A stretch of DNA of 64,000 nt from Syntrophorhabdaceae bacterium. GTDB taxonomy: Bacteria > Desulfobacterota > Syntrophorhabdia > Syntrophorhabdales > Syntrophorhabdaceae. Both the position numbers and the translations under genes were made by a program. Below, piece by piece: positions 60,118-64,000 of this stretch (position 1 is the first letter of the stretch; every line of letters begins with the position of its first letter). Where the stretch lies: positions 4,640,001 to 4,704,000 of the forward strand of contig OY762209.1 in the NCBI GenBank assembly GCA_963665295.1, given 5' to 3'. The notes below the pieces were generated by a model. That model was given only the letters and a program-made list of their open reading frames with translations, made no database searches and had not been told where the DNA came from.

Positions 60118-60297
60118 TATGTCGTTTTATATCACGACCTCCCCCGCATTGTCAAGAATTATAGCGCGGAAGAAAGCGGTAGCCCTGTAGAGTCTAATGA
60201 CCAACACCGCCCTTACTCAACCACACGCCACGAGTCCCGACTATTGTCGAATTGCCTGTTGACAACAGCCCGTCTTTCCTATTATAACAACGGTGAC

Positions 60298-60382
60298 GCC
60301 TGGGTGGCGGAACAGGTAGACGCAAGGGACTTAAAATCCCTCGGTCCTCGCGGCTGTACGGGTTCGATTCCCGTCCCAGGCA
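60298..60382 (+). tRNA. tRNA-Leu (TAA)
   Basis: GCCTGGG acceptor stem, AGGGA-CTTAAAA-TCCCT anticodon arm, long variable arm and GGTTCGATTCC; CCA is not encoded. TTGACA promoter at 60259. Confidence 0.96.
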
Positions 60383-60796
60383 TTTATCATATCGGCGATT
60401 TACGCCTCGGCCGCTTTCACATGCTTCGCCTTCGCACCATCGGCCTCAAACAAAAAAAGCATGTACATTTTCGTGCACACAGCGAAAATCCTCCCGGAAG
60501 CAGGTTGCCTCGAAAAGGCAATGATGTCGGATTGTTTAAACACCCCCTTCCCGCCTCTCCCTTCTTCGCCATATTCCTTTACCCTCCTCCCTCGCAAAAC
60601 ACACTTCCTCCAATGAATACCGTACTGAAGATACAACTTGACAAGGCAAGTCGGATTGGTTATACCCTCAGAAGGCCTGAAAGGCGGAAGGTGTTGCCGA
60701 ATCTTTGTGTACCATAGTTTTCACCCGACCTCGACTCACGCATCACGGTAGTCATTGCACGGAAGTGCAAAATCAAATTAAGGGGAGGGTTATTAA

Positions 60797-61072
60797 GTGA
60801 AGAAATCAGTGTCGGTTGTCTTTTTGGTTCTTTTTGCCCTGTTCATTGCCGGTGTAAACTTTGCGGACGCAGGGCCCACAAACGTGTCAGGTCAGAATCT
60901 TGCCAATGCAACAAACAGTCTTACGGGCAAAGGCCCGATTATGGTTGCCCAGGAAAAACCTAGATTATCACCAGGGACTTCCTGCCAGGAAAAGTGCAGG
61001 GACAGCAGCAATTCGACGGATAGCCTCCGGAACTGCCTGAAAGGCTGTGGAGCCCCCACGCCTGCTAAATAG
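60797..61072 (+). CDS. small secreted protein with a CX3C-X12-CX3C motif
   Basis: GGGGAGG SD and GTG start; signal peptide ending ADA; upstream TTGACA-17-TATACC (60638-60666). Confidence 0.75.
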   Translation: MKKSVSVVFLVLFALFIAGVNFADAGPTNVSGQNLANATNSLTGKGPIMVAQEKPRLSPGTSCQEKCRDSSNSTDSLRNCLKGCGAPTPAK

Positions 61073-61162
61073 AGCAATCTGCATCTACCTTTCATGCCTT
61101 TAAGCATTGCAGTGGTATCATGAGCGCCGGGCGATAGCGAGAACGCAACACCGAAGAATCAC

Positions 61163-61199
61163 GAGAGGCAGGGACCTCGGGCGGCCCCTGCCTCTCTTT
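61163..61199 (+). terminator. GC-rich hairpin, probable terminator between convergent genes
   Basis: GAGAGGCAGGG...CCCTGCCTCTC followed by TTT. Confidence 0.5.
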
Positions 61200-61413
61200 A
61201 AGAGCGGCGTCTATGACCGCAGACCCGTATAAACCTTCTTCCTCCCCCAATCTTTCGATACACCGGAACTCCGGAGCTTCCCTTTTACCGGCAGCTATCT
61301 GAACGCGGGGTATACTTTCCCGCCCCCCCAGACACAACAAAGGGTCAAATCTCCATCCCATGAACGGAGACCTGACCCTGATCTGTTCTTCGACTGAGGG
61401 CTTTCGCCCTTTC

Positions 61414-62004
61414 CTACTCCTTCACTTCCGGGAAGGCGAGGGCCCTGGTGAGCACGTAGGCCGCCTGGAGCGCTTCCGTGGGACACAGAGGGAAGCATTC
61501 CTTGCAGTTCCAGCACTCCTTTGCCGCGATCTCCGGAATAAAGCTTATCTCCTTCCGTATACCCCTGTCCACGAAGCCGATGGCGTTCTTCTTCTTCACC
61601 TCGGCACAGTACCGTACGCAGAGGCCGCAGTGGATGCAGAAGGAAGGTTCCTTCTCAAAGCAGTTCCTGTCCGCCCCGTACTCTTCCGCAAGGTCCTTAA
61701 GGTCAAAGGCATCGGGCGCATGGGCAAGGAGGAGCTGGAGGATCATCTTGCGTATCCTGTCCACCTTCTCCGAGCGGGTACGGACTATGAGGTTCTTCTC
61801 CACCGGATAGACACAGGAGACGACCAGCCGGGAGGAGCCCCGGCTTTCCACCTCCACCGTGCAGAGCCGGCATCCCCCGAAGGGTTCCAATTCCTTATGG
61901 TAACAAAGGGTCGGGATCTTGATCCCTTCTTTCTCCGCTGCCTCGAGGAGGGTCATCCCCTCCGGGGCAGATATTTCTTTCCCGTCGATCTGTAAGTTTA
62001 TCAT
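61414..62004 (-). CDS. NuoG N-terminal-like Fe-S subunit (BamI/HoxU-like)
   Basis: IPTLC.H..L...GGCRLC.VE, VSC, CIHCGLCVRYC and CWNCKEC..LCPT motifs; no catalytic domain. Confidence 0.88.
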   Translation of the reverse strand: MINLQIDGKEISAPEGMTLLEAAEKEGIKIPTLCYHKELEPFGGCRLCTVEVESRGSSRLVVSCVYPVEKNLIVRTRSEKVDRIRKMILQLLLAHAPDAFDLKDLAEEYGADRNCFEKEPSFCIHCGLCVRYCAEVKKKNAIGFVDRGIRKEISFIPEIAAKECWNCKECFPLCPTEALQAAYVLTRALAFPEVKE

Positions 62005-63929
62005 TTTTCTTTGCCCTTTCTGATTATCGTTCTTTCTTCCATAGGGAGAGGAGGCGGAACAGGCTCGCCGGAGATCTTCGTCACCGAACGGAAGCGCGGG
62101 GGGCAGACCTCAAAGCAGGTTCCACACTTCGTGCATTTCTCCTGGTCAACCACATGGATCTGGTTTTTGCCGCCCACAATCGCATTGGCAGGGCATTTCT
62201 TAAGGCACGTCATACAGGCCTGGCACTTGGCCGGGTCGATGTAGTACGCGATCAGCTCTTTACAGGAGAGGGCGGGGCACCTCTTCTCTTTCACATGCGC
62301 CTCGTACTCGTCCCTGAAGTACTTCAAGGTGCTTAAGAAGGGGTTGGGCGAGCTTTTGCCCAGGGCGCAGAGCGCCGCTTCTATGGCGGTTTCGGATAAC
62401 TGTTCGAGAAGCTCGATGTCTCCCTCTTTTCCCTTGCCCTCGGTAATGTCGGTCAAGAGCTTCAGCATCTGTCTCATGCCTTCACGGCAGGGGACGCACT
62501 TGCCGCAGGACTCGTCGGTGAGGAAGTCGAGGAAGTACCTCGCCACATCGACCATGCATGTATCTTCGTCCATGACGATCATACCGCCCGAGCCCATCAT
62601 GGAGCCCGCCTTCGTGAGTTCGTCAAAACCCACGGGCAGATCGAGCATCTCCTCGGGGATACACCCTCCGGAAGGCCCGCCGGTCTGGACCGCCTTGAAC
62701 TTCTTGCCTCCGGGGATGCCGCCGCCTATCTTGAAGATGATGTCGCGTAGCGGCGTTCCCATGGGCACTTCCACGAGGCCCGTGTTGGTGATCTTGCCCA
62801 CGAGGGAGAAGATCTTCGTGCCCTTGCTGCTCTCGGTGCCGATCTTGGTGAACCAGTCGGCGCCTTTATTGATGATAAGGGGCACATTGGCCCAGGTTTC
62901 CACATTGTTGAGCACGCTCGGCCTGCCCCAGAGACCTACCACGTTGGAGCGGATGTACTTGGGCCTCGGCTCGCCGGCCCGGCCTTCGAGGGCGGTCATG
63001 AGGGCGGTCGATTCACCGCAGACAAAAGCGCCTGCTCCCTGGTGGACCTTGACCACGAAGTCAAAGCCGGAGCCAAGGATGTTCTTCCCGAGGAGGCCCA
63101 GGTCCTCCGCCTGTTTAATGGCGGTAAAGACGTTCTCCACGGCAAGGGGGTATTCCTGACGGACATAGATGTAGCCTTCATGGGCGCCTACTGCGTAGGC
63201 CCCTATGGTGAGTCCTTCGAGGACCGCATGGGGGTTCCCTTCGAGCAAGCTCCTGTCCATATAGGCGCCGGGGTCGCCTTCATCGGCATTGACGATGACG
63301 TACTTGATATCCCCCGGGGCATTGCGGGACCCTTCCCACTTGACGCCTGCGGGGAAGCCGCCGCCTCCACGTCCGCGGAGGTTCGCCTTTTTGACTTCAC
63401 TTAAGACCTCGTCGGAGCTCATCCCTGTCAGGGACTTGGCGAGGGCTGCATACCCGCCGATGGCGAGGTAGTCCTCGATGCTCTTGGGGTCGATGCTGCT
63501 GTTGGAGCCGAAGACGATCCTCTCCTGGTACTTGTAGAAGGGGATATCCGACTCGTGGATGATCTTCTCGTTGGTGACGGGATCGATATAGAGCAGCCTC
63601 TCCACCACCTTCTTCTCTTTTATGGTCTCGGAGATGATCTCGGGGATGTCCTTGGCTTCTATGTTGAAGTAACATATCTCCTCGGGGTGGATGACCACGA
63701 TGGGACCCCTCTCGCAGAAGCCGTGGCAACCGGTCCTTCTAATGTCCACCTGACCGGCGAGGCCCTGTTTTTCGATCTCCTCTTCAATAGCAACGGCAAC
63801 CTCTCCGCTTCCGGAGGCGTTACACGCGGACCCCGAACAGAGGGTGATGCAGGGTTTGTTCGGGTCTCTCTTCGACAGAATGTCTTTTCTGAATTCTTCC
63901 AATTCAGCGGGTGTATTTATACGCGGCAT
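62001..63929 (-). CDS. NuoF-like NADH-binding FMN/Fe-S subunit (HydB/BamH type)
   Basis: N-terminal thioredoxin-like 2Fe-2S (GCHGFCERGP); LRGRGGGGFP, NADEGDPGAYMDR, GAFVCGE and ESCGKCVPCR motifs; C-terminal 2x[4Fe-4S]. Confidence 0.93.
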   Translation of the reverse strand: MPRINTPAELEEFRKDILSKRDPNKPCITLCSGSACNASGSGEVAVAIEEEIEKQGLAGQVDIRRTGCHGFCERGPIVVIHPEEICYFNIEAKDIPEIISETIKEKKVVERLLYIDPVTNEKIIHESDIPFYKYQERIVFGSNSSIDPKSIEDYLAIGGYAALAKSLTGMSSDEVLSEVKKANLRGRGGGGFPAGVKWEGSRNAPGDIKYVIVNADEGDPGAYMDRSLLEGNPHAVLEGLTIGAYAVGAHEGYIYVRQEYPLAVENVFTAIKQAEDLGLLGKNILGSGFDFVVKVHQGAGAFVCGESTALMTALEGRAGEPRPKYIRSNVVGLWGRPSVLNNVETWANVPLIINKGADWFTKIGTESSKGTKIFSLVGKITNTGLVEVPMGTPLRDIIFKIGGGIPGGKKFKAVQTGGPSGGCIPEEMLDLPVGFDELTKAGSMMGSGGMIVMDEDTCMVDVARYFLDFLTDESCGKCVPCREGMRQMLKLLTDITEGKGKEGDIELLEQLSETAIEAALCALGKSSPNPFLSTLKYFRDEYEAHVKEKRCPALSCKELIAYYIDPAKCQACMTCLKKCPANAIVGGKNQIHVVDQEKCTKCGTCFEVCPPRFRSVTKISGEPVPPPLPMEERTIIRKGKEK

Positions 63930-63938
63930 AGTTTTATC

Positions 63939-64000
63939 CTACTCGTAGTTTTTTAGTATCTCTGCTGTCTTGGATGGCGCCATCTTACCGTGAGTCTTTC
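63939..64000 (-). CDS. partial CDS: C-terminus of a probable NuoE-like subunit
   Basis: ...KTHGKMAPSKTAEILKNYE-stop directly upstream of the nuoF-like gene; cut by the window edge. Confidence 0.55.
   Translation of the reverse strand, partial: KTHGKMAPSKTAEILKNYE

Noticed and set aside
60400..60636. Short ORFs downstream of tRNA-Leu
   Set aside because: No recognisable motifs and competing frames; cannot be supported.
1..64000. CRISPR arrays, rRNA, IS transposases and defence systems
   Set aside because: No regularly spaced repeats, rRNA-like tracts or transposase motifs seen. The GIY-YIG gene is the common stand-alone UPF0213 type.

Overview
Gene-dense bacterial chromosome segment. Gene content suggests a strictly anaerobic, probably syntrophic deltaproteobacterium (Syntrophorhabdus-like; this is inference). 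From left to right it holds korAB; queD-folE2-lipoprotein-DUF2007-yqeC; a secreted zinc protease; rplM-rpsI-argC; the ffh-rpsP-khpA-rimM-trmD-SPOUT methylase-rplS-rnhB-yraN operon extended by larB-larC; and a trpEGDCFBA operon. Next come a TM1266-like regulator with an orphan hydG, MdtABC-OMF and MacAB-TolC efflux clusters, ttcA and a flavodoxin-like gene, and an hdrC-hdrB-orf-hdrA(HdrL-type)-mvhD(Sec)-metV-metF operon. The right end has an accessory patch closing with a degenerate integrase at tRNA-Ala(GGC), an aminotransferase with an eroded iorA and an intact iorB, trpB2, tRNA-Leu(TAA), a small secreted Cys protein, and the 3' end of a NuoE/F/G-like (BamGHI/HydCBA-like) module. Signals the ORF track misses: (1) two separate Trp leader peptides (WWW and WWWW) starting at or near the predicted transcription start, each followed by an attenuator with two tandem terminators that appear coupled by a hairpin relay; (2) a UGA-selenocysteine MvhD with a SECIS-like hairpin; (3) three genes whose conserved N-termini need CTG or ATA starts; (4) several leaderless-type promoters; (5) an intact but apparently catalytically dead IorA. 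All assignments come from motif recognition by eye; no searches or folding were run.
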